Origin: a virus
Strand: one strand, 5' to 3'
Virus record (IMG/VR): IMGVR_UViG_3300033463_000105
Span: 3,627 to 67,626 of that record
Length of the DNA: 64,000 bases
The position numbers and the translations under genes are program-made. Below the pieces are notes generated by a model. It did no database searches. It saw only the letters and a program-made list of their open reading frames with translations, and had not been told where the DNA came from. Positions 30,742-40,464 of the stretch are shown in pieces; positions within the stretch are counted from its first letter, which is position 1, and every line of letters begins with the position of its first letter.

Positions 30742-31893
30742 TTAGCAGACCATTTTACCGTGATTATCCAGCATAACCGGGGTAAGCCTTGTAACCCCAA
30801 TATCAACGGGTTTACAGGCCAAATCTTTATTAATAATATTTGTAAACGCCCGGTTATACCCATATTCAGGCATATACGTTTTGTATAATCTGATTGCCTC
30901 TATCCACTTCTCGTACGCTTGTTCCTTTGTTAGATTCTCAAACAGCAGGTAGTGCCGCACGGAATCCCATCCGTACTTTGCTATAGCCATAGACACATCC
31001 GGCTGGTCATCATACCCGTGACCGTTGCCCCATCTTCTCGTCAGCGGCTGCCCGGTCATTCCTATGTATTTCTTACCGTCAGGGAACTCGTGCATATAGA
31101 CAACGTATGGATTGTCCTTTCCGTTGACATATTTTCTTCTGTTCATTACAGAGTTAACACTCTGGGCTGTTTTTACTTTCACAGAACATTCAACGCAATA
31201 CTTTCGCTTTCTTCCTTTTGTTTTCCCGTCAGACTCTTTACATACAAGTCCACATCTTTCACATTCATAATACTGCTGGCTCGTCCTCATCATATATCTA
31301 TATCCAAGATTTCTGAAATCCCTGACATAGAGTTCTGGCGTTCCGGATTCTGAGGCAAAGAGAACCTGTATGCTAAGATTATCAACACGCTTTGAAAATC
31401 TGATCAGCCCTTCGTCTCTCAGTTGCCCGTACATAAGACTCTGTCTTTTTACGGACGTGTTGATGTTTGCCATGCGCATCACATCTCTGTCCGGCGTATT
31501 GACCCAGTAGTCAATGTCACCATTAATTGCGTTCATGTATTTTGATACGCAGAGCAGTGTGAACGCAAGACGTCTCAGTTGTGTGCCATGCAACTCATCT
31601 ATTATAGAAAGCTCCTCCGCTGTAATAATTACACTGTCTATCTTGACCGGCTTAAACTTTGCGCCGTACCTCATAGAACGATCAAGCGTCTTCTCCCACA
31701 TGACCTTTGATGCGGTCGGTTCGCACGCCAAGAGGAAGTTTTCCAGTTCGACCCTGGCTTTTGTCTGAGACAATCCTTTCTCGTGTATAAAGTACTTGGC
31801 AACTCTGCCGAGAGTCTCACTCGGATGCTTTCCGAGTGATTTTTCTATCAGGGCGTTTTCAGCCCACGCAACTTCATTTAATACAATATCCAT
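30742..31893 (-). CDS. Zn-ribbon protein with C-terminal GIY-YIG domain
   Basis: CERCG...YCVEC followed by YVVYMH...KKYIGMT....RRW...GYN. Confidence 0.7.
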   Translation of the reverse strand: MDIVLNEVAWAENALIEKSLGKHPSETLGRVAKYFIHEKGLSQTKARVELENFLLACEPTASKVMWEKTLDRSMRYGAKFKPVKIDSVIITAEELSIIDELHGTQLRRLAFTLLCVSKYMNAINGDIDYWVNTPDRDVMRMANINTSVKRQSLMYGQLRDEGLIRFSKRVDNLSIQVLFASESGTPELYVRDFRNLGYRYMMRTSQQYYECERCGLVCKESDGKTKGRKRKYCVECSVKVKTAQSVNSVMNRRKYVNGKDNPYVVYMHEFPDGKKYIGMTGQPLTRRWGNGHGYDDQPDVSMAIAKYGWDSVRHYLLFENLTKEQAYEKWIEAIRLYKTYMPEYGYNRAFTNIINKDLACKPVDIGVTRLTPVMLDNHGKMVC

Positions 31894-34637
31894 CAGCAGG
31901 CCTCCGATAAAATATCAGTCTCCATTATTGAAAACCTTTCTCCGCCGTATACTATATCCCCATCCGGATCTCTGTGAGGGAATCTTGCTACGCCATTATT
32001 GCGAGAAAGAAGATTTGAGATGATGACATCAGCAAACATTTCCCACACAAACTTCTTCGTTGATTTCTTCTTGTAACAAACATCCACCATAATATCGCAT
32101 AGTGTAACGCGGTCAGAGCACACGGCAAGGCAATCTCTGATGAATGATTCCTTTATCCCGCCGACCCCAATGCCGTATGACTCCTCATCCAGGCGCTCAT
32201 ACTTTGAAAAGATGGTGTAGTTCTTAAGGTCTGCGTTATATTCCTTGAGAAGCTTGGCTACTGCAGAGTACTGACCCGGAGAATACGGATTACCAGACTT
32301 CAGAATCGAATAATCAAACTCCTCGTCTACAGCCACCACGGATTGCGCACCGTCAAACTGCTTCTCTATTTTTCGGCATATCATATTCATGACACAGTCT
32401 CTGACGCCTACCGGCATCAGTATGTCATAGTATCTTAGGAATTCCTTCTGCGCGTCAGTGAGTGCTCCGTACGGCACTTCCTTCATTTCTTCTACGGTCA
32501 TGCCAAATTCCCTGAGGGCGTTTCTCTTTGTGTTGTTCTGATATGTATTGTACTGGCGCATAAGGTCAGGATATATATACCGCATAAAGTACGGCTTCCT
32601 GTCGGCAAGAATGCTCTTGTACAGTGCGCGCATGTCATCGTCTTCCATCTGATTCACCGCGTGCCTGTCATACCATGCGCGGGGCATAGGCTTTGCCACT
32701 ATGCCCTTTGACTTGTCTATAACATTCTGCTGTATCAGCTGCCCGCATTTTATTCTATAGTCAAGAATCTTGTATTCTTTTGAATCCGGAGAATATCCGG
32801 ACCTCACCTCAAACATTGAGGTCACCCTGTTTGTGACCTTGCCTATGTCGTTTCCGAAACTATCCAGATTAGACCTGACTATATCAGGCTCAGAAACGAT
32901 TTTCTTTACAGCCTTTCTCTGAACACACATGACTGCCGGAGTTTCTTCAAGTCTCCTGACAAGAACCGGATTGTCCGTAAGCATCACAAGGTCTCCGTCG
33001 AAGTCACACCCATTGAGTGCTATGGTCGCGGTATCCCACGCATTAAATATGGTGCATGCATCCATATATTGATACCACTCTCTGGCGGCGCTGTTTTTAA
33101 TTGGTCTCACCATGCGGATATTATTGTAACAAGACATTGGAGCCCTGAAGCATGCAAGACGGTCGGCGGTACTGTCAGCCCAGTACGCGTTGTATATCTC
33201 TCCAGCCTTGAGCAGCCCTGTCAGTTCCAGACCAAAGATGCTCTGGCACAATATGTATGGGTCACCTGATACTATAGAGTAATTGCCGTGGACTTTTATC
33301 ACGCCCACCTTGGCTTCGTTGATTTTATTTTTAAGTAGGTACCAGACCTTATCCCTGATATACTTATCGCCCATAATGCCCGGTTCTATCATCAGAGCTT
33401 TGGCGAAATTGTTTTCCATGGGCGGCAGGGAGGATTCAGTCAGTCCCTTTCCGCACAGGAACAGCAGCGTTTTTCTCCAGTCTCCGCCAAGGACATCCTT
33501 GAACTCATTTATCGTAGGAGCTATCAGTTCGTCTATATCATCTTCCGAAAGGTCATAGCTCTGGATGAACTGATAGTTCAGATTCCTCTCGCTCTCCAGA
33601 TATTTTGGGCATGTCTTTGTGATTCCTATCTGATAGCCGTTGGCAATGCAGTTATTCAGATAATCATCAACGCTCTTATAGCTATCCCACAGTTTGAGCA
33701 TGCTCTCCGTAAGGATAAGCTCAACGTTCCTGATATCCACAGGATTACCCCATACATCAGGCACTATATATTTACCGGCGACATCCTCGGCAAACTTCAA
33801 GAAGTCAAACGTGAACACCATACCCTTCTCAAATGAGAATCTGGTATTGACACCGGCAACCGTATAATCCAGCCCGAGCTCTTCGCTCCATCTCTTGGCG
33901 AGAGACGGGAGCATGATACCAAACCCGTCCGTGCAGTCCATGGTAATGGGCGTGTCCTTTCTGAATTCCATTTCCGGCTCGCCGTCGCACTCATCATTCA
34001 GATAAATGGTATCAGCGGTGAAATGAGTCTCGGCATCATGGACAACAAGGATTCCGTGCGGCATTGATACCGGAATGGAGGCGCTGCAGGAAAGTGCGCG
34101 GTACGCTTCCAGCTTTGCCGGAACCATCTCCTTGGTCATGTCACGCCCGTTCTCTATTCTGGACATCAGGATGTCATGCAGCCTTTCACTTACAAAAACT
34201 ATGGTGCCGGTCTTCATTCCTCCAACAGTGGACACAAGGCGTCGGTAGGTGATGCCGTTTATGGAGAACCCCTTCATGGCGCGGTAATAGTCCTTTTCCT
34301 TATCTATTACCAGAGACATGTAGTCCGGCTTGAACTGTATCCTGTCCAGCTCATCATAGAGCTTCCGTATTTCCTTGCGGTTATTCTTACTGTCCTTTTC
34401 ATTTTTCAGATGCCGTATCTGCCGGCGTATCTCCCTCGCTGAAGCGTCAGCTTCAGTCAGGCCGTTTAACTCGTCTATCCAGCGCAGAACCTGTGACGAG
34501 CCCATGGAAATGATCTCGTTGTTCTTCCTCGCTTCAGTGAGAGACAGCGTGAGATTCCACTTGCTCTTTCTGAGCCTGGAGGAATGTATTTTGAAGATAT
34601 ATCTCTGTAACTCTTTTTGCTTACTTATATACATCAC
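31893..34637 (-). CDS. YonO-like single-subunit (two-barrel) phage RNA polymerase
   Basis: Catalytic NGCDFDGDLV plus TDGFG, KGM and FRAP motifs; upstream of late genes as in SPbeta. Confidence 0.85.
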   Translation of the reverse strand: MMYISKQKELQRYIFKIHSSRLRKSKWNLTLSLTEARKNNEIISMGSSQVLRWIDELNGLTEADASAREIRRQIRHLKNEKDSKNNRKEIRKLYDELDRIQFKPDYMSLVIDKEKDYYRAMKGFSINGITYRRLVSTVGGMKTGTIVFVSERLHDILMSRIENGRDMTKEMVPAKLEAYRALSCSASIPVSMPHGILVVHDAETHFTADTIYLNDECDGEPEMEFRKDTPITMDCTDGFGIMLPSLAKRWSEELGLDYTVAGVNTRFSFEKGMVFTFDFLKFAEDVAGKYIVPDVWGNPVDIRNVELILTESMLKLWDSYKSVDDYLNNCIANGYQIGITKTCPKYLESERNLNYQFIQSYDLSEDDIDELIAPTINEFKDVLGGDWRKTLLFLCGKGLTESSLPPMENNFAKALMIEPGIMGDKYIRDKVWYLLKNKINEAKVGVIKVHGNYSIVSGDPYILCQSIFGLELTGLLKAGEIYNAYWADSTADRLACFRAPMSCYNNIRMVRPIKNSAAREWYQYMDACTIFNAWDTATIALNGCDFDGDLVMLTDNPVLVRRLEETPAVMCVQRKAVKKIVSEPDIVRSNLDSFGNDIGKVTNRVTSMFEVRSGYSPDSKEYKILDYRIKCGQLIQQNVIDKSKGIVAKPMPRAWYDRHAVNQMEDDDMRALYKSILADRKPYFMRYIYPDLMRQYNTYQNNTKRNALREFGMTVEEMKEVPYGALTDAQKEFLRYYDILMPVGVRDCVMNMICRKIEKQFDGAQSVVAVDEEFDYSILKSGNPYSPGQYSAVAKLLKEYNADLKNYTIFSKYERLDEESYGIGVGGIKESFIRDCLAVCSDRVTLCDIMVDVCYKKKSTKKFVWEMFADVIISNLLSRNNGVARFPHRDPDGDIVYGGERFSIMETDILSEAC

Positions 34638-34678
34638 CGCCCGGAGTTGACAAAATTAGGTCGATACAATAAACACAA

Positions 34679-34900
34679 TTACACATAATAAAGGTCGTCA
34701 TCATACTCTGAAATGTAACCAATGAATTCGTCATAGAACTCTCTTCTGTCATCATACAAATACTCGTCCTTAATATAATCAGCGTCTTCTTCATAAACCG
34801 GATAGAACCACTTACACGCACGCCCTCTGTCCCTGTACGGACAGATACCGTACTGGCACATATTACAGGCTGTTGATTTATTTTCATAGTCACCGATCAT
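34679..34900 (-). CDS. Small Cys-containing acidic protein
   Basis: Start MIGDY overlaps the upstream stop; CNMC..C...C. Confidence 0.5.
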   Translation of the reverse strand: MIGDYENKSTACNMCQYGICPYRDRGRACKWFYPVYEEDADYIKDEYLYDDRREFYDEFIGYISEYDDDLYYV

Positions 34901-36113
34901 CAGCGTCACCCCCTTCACTGTTCTTATCCATCCACTTGAGGAGGAGGGTGCGCATGCGCTTGCTCGGTATGTACAGGATGATCTGATGCCCGTCACGTAT
35001 GGCGCTCCGCCATATGAACTGGAGCATCTCACCCAAAGCAAACTCATCCTCGTCTATTGACACGCCGCGCTGCTCGAAGAACTTGCTCACGTTGGGATCT
35101 ATGAACCTGTTGATGAGATAGGCAACGGCAGTCTTCTTTCTGTACTCGTTGGTGGCTCTGGCGGTCGGCTGGAGATACGCGTCATGGTATCTGCCGGTAG
35201 ACCCCTCTATCTTATATCTGTCAGATTTGAAGCTCGTCCACAGCTGCTTGTCTGTTCCAACGGAGCACCTGCGCCGGAAGAACGTGTTCAGGTTATTGCG
35301 CAGTTTGCGTATATCCTCATTCTCCGCGCCCCTGCGGTCATACCATGTTTTGGACAGGGCGTACCTGTAGTCTCCCACTGCGTTGAGCTTGTCCTCATCA
35401 ACGACAAGAACCAGAGATTTGTAGTCCACTGGGGGAGGGGCGTCCGGCTCGTCTGTAAACCGGAACCCGTCCGTGTTATCTATACCGCACACGCGATAGG
35501 GGAATCCAAAGAAGTCAAGGTAGGCTTTCTGGTACTGCCCGCCAAACAGATAGGTCATCATGATAACGTCCTCGAACGCCATCAGCATCTCCGGCTTCAT
35601 GACGCACAGCAGGGAACGGTCAAGCACATAGAGCGAGCCGCTGTCAGCCATATCCTTGTACCCGCCGAACTTGCCGTCATACTCGGGGTCATTCCAGTGA
35701 AGGAACCCGTCGTCATCCAGCGTAGCAAAGTTACTGACCAGGATATCAAAGTCCTTGGACGTTATCGGCACGCGCCGGACAGTTTCAATAGACTCGTCTA
35801 TTATCAGCGTATACCGCTTCTGCCTCACGAGTTCCAGCGCCTCGTCATCCAGCAGATAGAACAGGGAGTGCGTAGACGCTATGTTCTGACCGTGGTGCAT
35901 CATGGCCTTCAGGTCGGTCAGCTTGGCATGGCGGTCGGAGTCTGGCTGCTCAAAGTCACACGACACGCAGATGCGCTCCACTTCCGTAAGGTACGGAGTG
36001 ATGTACAGGAACCGCCTCTGGTCGCCGCACGCCGTCATGTACGCCTCTGCCGCGGACGTCTTGCCTCGACCCATGCGTGCGTCCACGACACGTATCTCAT
36101 TCAAATGCATCAC
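34890..36113 (-). CDS. SF2 helicase-like P-loop protein
   Basis: DARMGRGKT, LIIDE and Q..WRSAIR motifs. Confidence 0.7.
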   Translation of the reverse strand: MMHLNEIRVVDARMGRGKTSAAEAYMTACGDQRRFLYITPYLTEVERICVSCDFEQPDSDRHAKLTDLKAMMHHGQNIASTHSLFYLLDDEALELVRQKRYTLIIDESIETVRRVPITSKDFDILVSNFATLDDDGFLHWNDPEYDGKFGGYKDMADSGSLYVLDRSLLCVMKPEMLMAFEDVIMMTYLFGGQYQKAYLDFFGFPYRVCGIDNTDGFRFTDEPDAPPPVDYKSLVLVVDEDKLNAVGDYRYALSKTWYDRRGAENEDIRKLRNNLNTFFRRRCSVGTDKQLWTSFKSDRYKIEGSTGRYHDAYLQPTARATNEYRKKTAVAYLINRFIDPNVSKFFEQRGVSIDEDEFALGEMLQFIWRSAIRDGHQIILYIPSKRMRTLLLKWMDKNSEGGDADDR

Positions 36114-36554
36114 CTCTTATTATGAAAAATAATAGTAAAATTACAGATAATCAACAAATAGTAATAGGAAATCACAGTAAAACAATAAATAATATAACAA
36201 AATGTATATATAATGAAATAAGTTTACATAAACCGTGCAGAGAATTTCGGGGACTGTCATTCAATTTACAGCAATAGCCTGCAGCATACGCTCATTGAAG
36301 CAGGAAACCCCTCTGCTCAAAAGATAATTAATATCCAGAGAAATAGCTATGAGAATTTACCACTGAATAATTCTATATATACTTTATAGGGACGAGCCTG
36401 CAAACCCGCATAGAATAAGGACTTTTTTTCAATTTTGTGCACAGGAAGTGTGACAAAACTGGTGTTGAGATTAAATGTGTGGCGGGCGAGTTGGAGATAA
36501 ATCAGTGGTCATCTGCAGTGAAATCCCAGTAATACCAGAAGCGGTGGGGAAGTG

Positions 36555-37373
36555 TCATACAATTAACTGCTCGGTTTCCATGAATCCGGAGTTCAGATAA
36601 TTATATTTTTCACTGCCGAGATTCAGATTCTTATATGCTTCTTCAATCTCTTCTTCTGTTATTCCAATATAATCCAAAGTAATTGTAACGGAAGAGTGAC
36701 CCATCATCTTGGATAACAGGATGAGTTTACGGGGATCATTGTTGGACATTACCATCTGGTGGTAAGCCCAGGTCTTTCTCAATGTGTGAGTGGATACCCT
36801 CATGTTCAGTCCGAGGTCATCCGCTATTCCCTTAAGAATACGGTCTACAGACTTTCTGTTAAGAGGAACGTTCTTGTTTCCACTGTTAATGGATTCAGAA
36901 CGGAACAGGTAATTGTCCAGTGTGATTCCAGGCGTATGCTCCAGATACAAAGTGACGGCTTCAATCACTGCGGTATTAATAGTGATATATCTGTTCTTCT
37001 TGTGCTTCCTCGTATTCCTGGTCTTCTTCTCAAACACAGGGAAGGTGGTCTTGAACGTGAAGTTATTATTGATGAGATGACAGAACCTGAGTTCAAGCAG
37101 GTCACTTACTCTGAGTCCAAAGTTGATTCCTACAATAAACAGCATGTTATCCCGGTACCTAGCGTTCATAATCAGATATCTGGATATCTTCATGATGTCA
37201 TCCATGCTCTTGATGGGTTCAGCAGAATGTTCAGGCGCAAGCTCCTCTTCATAAGTGGAAGCTGCCGGAAGAATCAGACCTGCTTTGAGTCGTACACTGT
37301 TAGACCTCAAGGCATTGATGTCAATGGTGTTAGCGTTGGGATTGAACTGAATGATATTGGATCTTGTCTCCAT
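36555..37373 (-). CDS. Tyrosine recombinase/integrase
   Basis: GLRVSDL, HTLRKT and GHSS...TLDY catalytic motifs; short, with no obvious arm-binding domain. Confidence 0.9.
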   Translation of the reverse strand: METRSNIIQFNPNANTIDINALRSNSVRLKAGLILPAASTYEEELAPEHSAEPIKSMDDIMKISRYLIMNARYRDNMLFIVGINFGLRVSDLLELRFCHLINNNFTFKTTFPVFEKKTRNTRKHKKNRYITINTAVIEAVTLYLEHTPGITLDNYLFRSESINSGNKNVPLNRKSVDRILKGIADDLGLNMRVSTHTLRKTWAYHQMVMSNNDPRKLILLSKMMGHSSVTITLDYIGITEEEIEEAYKNLNLGSEKYNYLNSGFMETEQLIV

Positions 37374-37443
37374 AACTGTCTCCTTACCAGTTAATAATAT
37401 TAATTTGGAAAATGCTTAAAATAAGAGGTCTCCCCCTATTTTC

Positions 37444-37473
37444 ATTATATCAAAATGAGACGTCCCGTGTCAA
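37444..37473 (-). promoter_or_regulatory. SigA-type promoter of the recombinase
   Basis: TTGACA-18-TATAAT with a TGn extension on the minus strand. Confidence 0.7.
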
Positions 37474-37573
37474 CAGAGTTGGGGGTATGAGAGAAAAATA
37501 TTTTTCAGATCACGGTGACAAAACCCGGGTACCAGGTGCTTTTGGCTCTGGAACACAAAAACCACATGTCTCA

Positions 37574-37642
37574 ATAGTGGGTGAATGAAACCACTAAAAC
37601 TCAAGAAATGGAACGATAGTGGGGAATTAGAACCACTAAAAC
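37574..37642. promoter_or_regulatory. Two palindromic operator-like sites TAGTGG-N10-CCACTA
   Basis: Copies at 37575-37596 and 37617-37638, 42 bp apart, both followed by AAAC. Confidence 0.5.
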
Positions 37643-37791
37643 ACAGGATATAATGTGACGGTGGGGAGGGCGAAAGGTGAAAAAGAGGTCGGGTGTGGGA
37701 GGTGAAGTGCCTAACCCGGGCCGTGGGTCAACTCCTGGAATTATCCCATAACGGCGGGCGTTATGTCCTGCTATGTAGAAATGGGACTCAA

Positions 37792-37952
37792 GCCGGAAAG
37801 CCGGAAAGAATGACCGCCGGAAATATACCGCCGGAAAGATTGAAAACTTTTTTTCAAAAAGCCGTTGACAATGTTAATGCAATCCTTTATAATCCATAAT
37901 TGACAAAGGTCATTGACCTTTGATTAATTGAATAGGCTATCAAGCCGGAAAG
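37792..37952 (+). repeat. GCCGGAAA(G) direct repeats x5 around an early promoter
   Basis: Copies at 37792, 37800, 37816, 37830 and 37944. Confidence 0.7.
37865..37893 (+). promoter_or_regulatory. Consensus sigA promoter
   Basis: TTGACA-17-TATAAT, perfect match. Confidence 0.85.
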
Positions 37953-37962
37953 AGGTAAAACA

Positions 37963-38538
37963 ATGTTATACAATCAGAAAGTGGAAAAGAAAGCCACAAA
38001 GAAAGCAGACGGCACGCTAGTCATTTATGAGAATAAAATCACATTCTCAGCCAATGACGAGCAAGTTATTAACGAGTGGGAGAATGTCAACGGCTCTCTG
38101 ACTATCAATGATTGGAGAGATAACCAAGGGCACGGAAAAATGACCGTTGAACAGGCAGTCAATGGTATTCAGAAAGTCATATTTGAGCAGAGCGGTAGCC
38201 CTGCCACGGCTTGTAAGAATTTTATCCTTGCTTTGGTTGGCATTGAAAAGCAGGTCAAGAAAAGCGGCAATGCAAGCCGCACGGAAAGCGGTAGCAAGTC
38301 AAACAATGTGACTGAGATTGATAGGCTGACGGCTGAGAGAGCCAAAAAGGTTACAACCATTCTTAGCTTGATTTTTTCAATCTCCACTATTGATTCCAAG
38401 ATTGAAGACTTGAAAACCAAGGTTGAAGAACAGAACAAAAAAGAGCTTGATTCCAAGATTGAAACTGCAAAGGAACTGCCCTTTGAAGAACTGGAAAAGC
38501 TTTACAAGGCAATGTTAGAAAAGCAGAAGAAAGCATAA
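37963..38538 (+). CDS. Early hypothetical protein (coiled-coil C-terminus)
   Basis: Monocistronic unit with promoter, RBS and terminator. Confidence 0.75.
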   Translation: MLYNQKVEKKATKKADGTLVIYENKITFSANDEQVINEWENVNGSLTINDWRDNQGHGKMTVEQAVNGIQKVIFEQSGSPATACKNFILALVGIEKQVKKSGNASRTESGSKSNNVTEIDRLTAERAKKVTTILSLIFSISTIDSKIEDLKTKVEEQNKKELDSKIETAKELPFEELEKLYKAMLEKQKKA

Positions 38539-38546
38539 TCAATCCC

Positions 38547-38582
38547 AAAGAACGGCGGTCAATGACCGCCGTTCTTTTTTTT
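38547..38582 (+). terminator. Intrinsic terminator
   Basis: AAAGAACGGCGGTC/GACCGCCGTTCTTT plus T-run. Confidence 0.9.
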
Positions 38583-39058
38583 GTTTTCTAATCGTGCCTG
38601 GGATCAGATCCCGTCCAGGCCATCGCACCGCGTTCCGCATCTCTTTCCTTTTTCAAACCATCGGCGCCGGACCGGCGGGACGATGACGGACGACCTGGGA
38701 CATATGCATACATCGCACCCGCGATTCCAGGCGCCTGGAAGTCGCTCTGGCGATTCCTGGAGACCCCACCATCGCCGGACGATTCTCCCCACCGGACGCC
38801 TTCGCTCCCCACGATGTTCTTTCCTGGAGGTCGGGGCGGAACGATATATAGATATATATACGAATAGTATGTATATGTATATACATGATTCGTATATATA
38901 CGAACGAAGTATATATAACGATCAGCATAACGATGTCCAGGAGGTCCGGAGTCGGTCTGCGATTCCGGGAGAGCCTGGATTCGGAATAGCGACTACTGTC
39001 AAGTCTGATCAGAGGTACGATGTTTGAAAAAAAAATTACATCGGACTGTGGTCGTATG

Positions 39059-39143
39059 GTTGACAAAGTTAATCGGATGTAGTACCATATAACTATAGAA
39101 AGATGGTAGTAAGCCATCGTAATAAAGAAAGGAAGTATCGCAA
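39059..39143 (+). promoter_or_regulatory. Early promoter and leader, copy 1
   Basis: TTGACA(39060)-17-TACCAT; 34 bp identical to copy 2. Confidence 0.8.
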
Positions 39144-39794
39144 ATGTCAATGAAAGAAACCCCCAACTTCGTAGATGAATCCATCTACAACACCACCATC
39201 GACCTCTCCGCTGACGGCAGCCCGTACCGAATCGTGTTCCACGGCAGATGCTCCTACTCCTTCGCCCGCAGGTGGATTGCAGACCCCTCCGGCGGTACCC
39301 TTCGCGAGCTGATGAGGGATGGCGTCGTCACAATCGAGAAGCGGCTGATGGCTTGGGCCACCCTTCGCAAGTATGAGGATGTCACGGAAGAATTCGTATC
39401 CTCCCCCAGCGTCACGGTGAACTTCGTCAATGACTTTGCCGTGGAAGATATGTGGATCGCAAGACAGCACCTGGCTTCGGAGCACTTCGTATGGCAGATT
39501 TACGGATTGCCCATCAAATGGGCGGTGGATGAAGAATGGTACGCTTCGCGTCAGGTGGATATGGACATTCGCGAGTTCATCGTCGAGTGTACCAACGCAG
39601 CCATCCTTCGGTACTCGCAGACAGGTCAGATGGCGCACGATGAGCGTGACCTGCTGGAGTGCGGAATCGCCAAGCGGTGGCCTGAGGTGTGGAACGCAAT
39701 CGAAAAGTCCGGCATGAGGTCGGATGGTGACTATGAGTTCTACATCTTCGAGATTCTTGAAGCCTTGGGCGTGGACACTTCGTCCTGGATGTAA
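39144..39794 (+). CDS. Early hypothetical protein
   Basis: RBS GAAAGGAAG; has its own promoter and terminator. Confidence 0.75.
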   Translation: MSMKETPNFVDESIYNTTIDLSADGSPYRIVFHGRCSYSFARRWIADPSGGTLRELMRDGVVTIEKRLMAWATLRKYEDVTEEFVSSPSVTVNFVNDFAVEDMWIARQHLASEHFVWQIYGLPIKWAVDEEWYASRQVDMDIREFIVECTNAAILRYSQTGQMAHDERDLLECGIAKRWPEVWNAIEKSGMRSDGDYEFYIFEILEALGVDTSSWM

Positions 39795-39828
39795 TACCGC
39801 ATCAACTATCGCCACAGACGGCACACAG

Positions 39829-39857
39829 AGGAGCCCTTCGGGGCTCCTTTTTTTTTT
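39829..39857 (+). terminator. Intrinsic terminator
   Basis: AGGAGCCC-TTCG-GGGCTCCT plus T-run. Confidence 0.9.
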
Positions 39858-39966
39858 GACCAGTTTCCAGGTCGTCATGGTACGAAAATCATTTTAGGAA
39901 TCGGCAGTACGATGTCCAGGCTCCTGGACGAACTCACTGCATCAAAGCGGACAGATGAATAATCGC

Positions 39967-40112
39967 GGCTTGGTTTTTTAGATTTATGTAGATATATACC
40001 GATTGGTTTTTCAGTTTCATTTACATATGTGCCGATTGGTTTTTTGGATTTATATAGATGCGACCTGGTTTTTCAGATTTAAATACATGCCGATTGGTTT
40101 TCTAATTTAAAT
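39967..40112. repeat. Degenerate tandem repeat x5 (29-33 bp), iteron-like
   Basis: CCGATTGGTTTTT(C)AGATTT-like cores near 39971, 40004, 40037, 40066 and 40095. Confidence 0.7.
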
Positions 40113-40189
40113 TCGGACTGCGCGAAAATGGATTTCATTTCCTGGAATCGTGACCGCTAAAAAAAAGTTGCATCGGAGATCATTGAAAA

Positions 40190-40273
40190 GTTGACAAAGT
40201 TAATCGGATGTAGTACCATATAAGTATAGAAAGATAGGAGTATCCCTATCGCATATAGAAAGGAAGTATCGCA
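40190..40273 (+). promoter_or_regulatory. Early promoter and leader, copy 2
   Basis: TTGACA(40191)-17-TACCAT. Confidence 0.8.
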
Positions 40274-40441
40274 ATGGCAAACGCAGCAGATGCAAAGTAT
40301 CGGATGTACTGGTGGCTCGTGGACAACAGATGCGGGGACGACCAGGAAGCGGAGTCCGCCGATGAGTACGCTCGTGCGGAGTACAGGGAACAGTGGTTCG
40401 AGTTTGTTGATGAGAACATCGGCAACTGGGATTACAATTAA
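40274..40441 (+). CDS. Small acidic early protein (55 aa)
   Basis: Read manually: MANAADAKYRMYWWLVDNRCGDD...WDYN; strong RBS. Confidence 0.7.
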   Translation: MANAADAKYRMYWWLVDNRCGDDQEAESADEYARAEYREQWFEFVDENIGNWDYN

Positions 40442-40464
40442 GCAATAAGAAAGGAAGTACGATC

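Noticed and set aside
36450-37524. GTGACAAAAC direct repeat flanking the recombinase as att sites
   Set aside because: Only 10 bp with no other support; could be chance.
38581-39150. Several ORFs on both strands
   Set aside because: No RBS, low-complexity translation, and the region lies between a terminator and a promoter; treated as non-coding.
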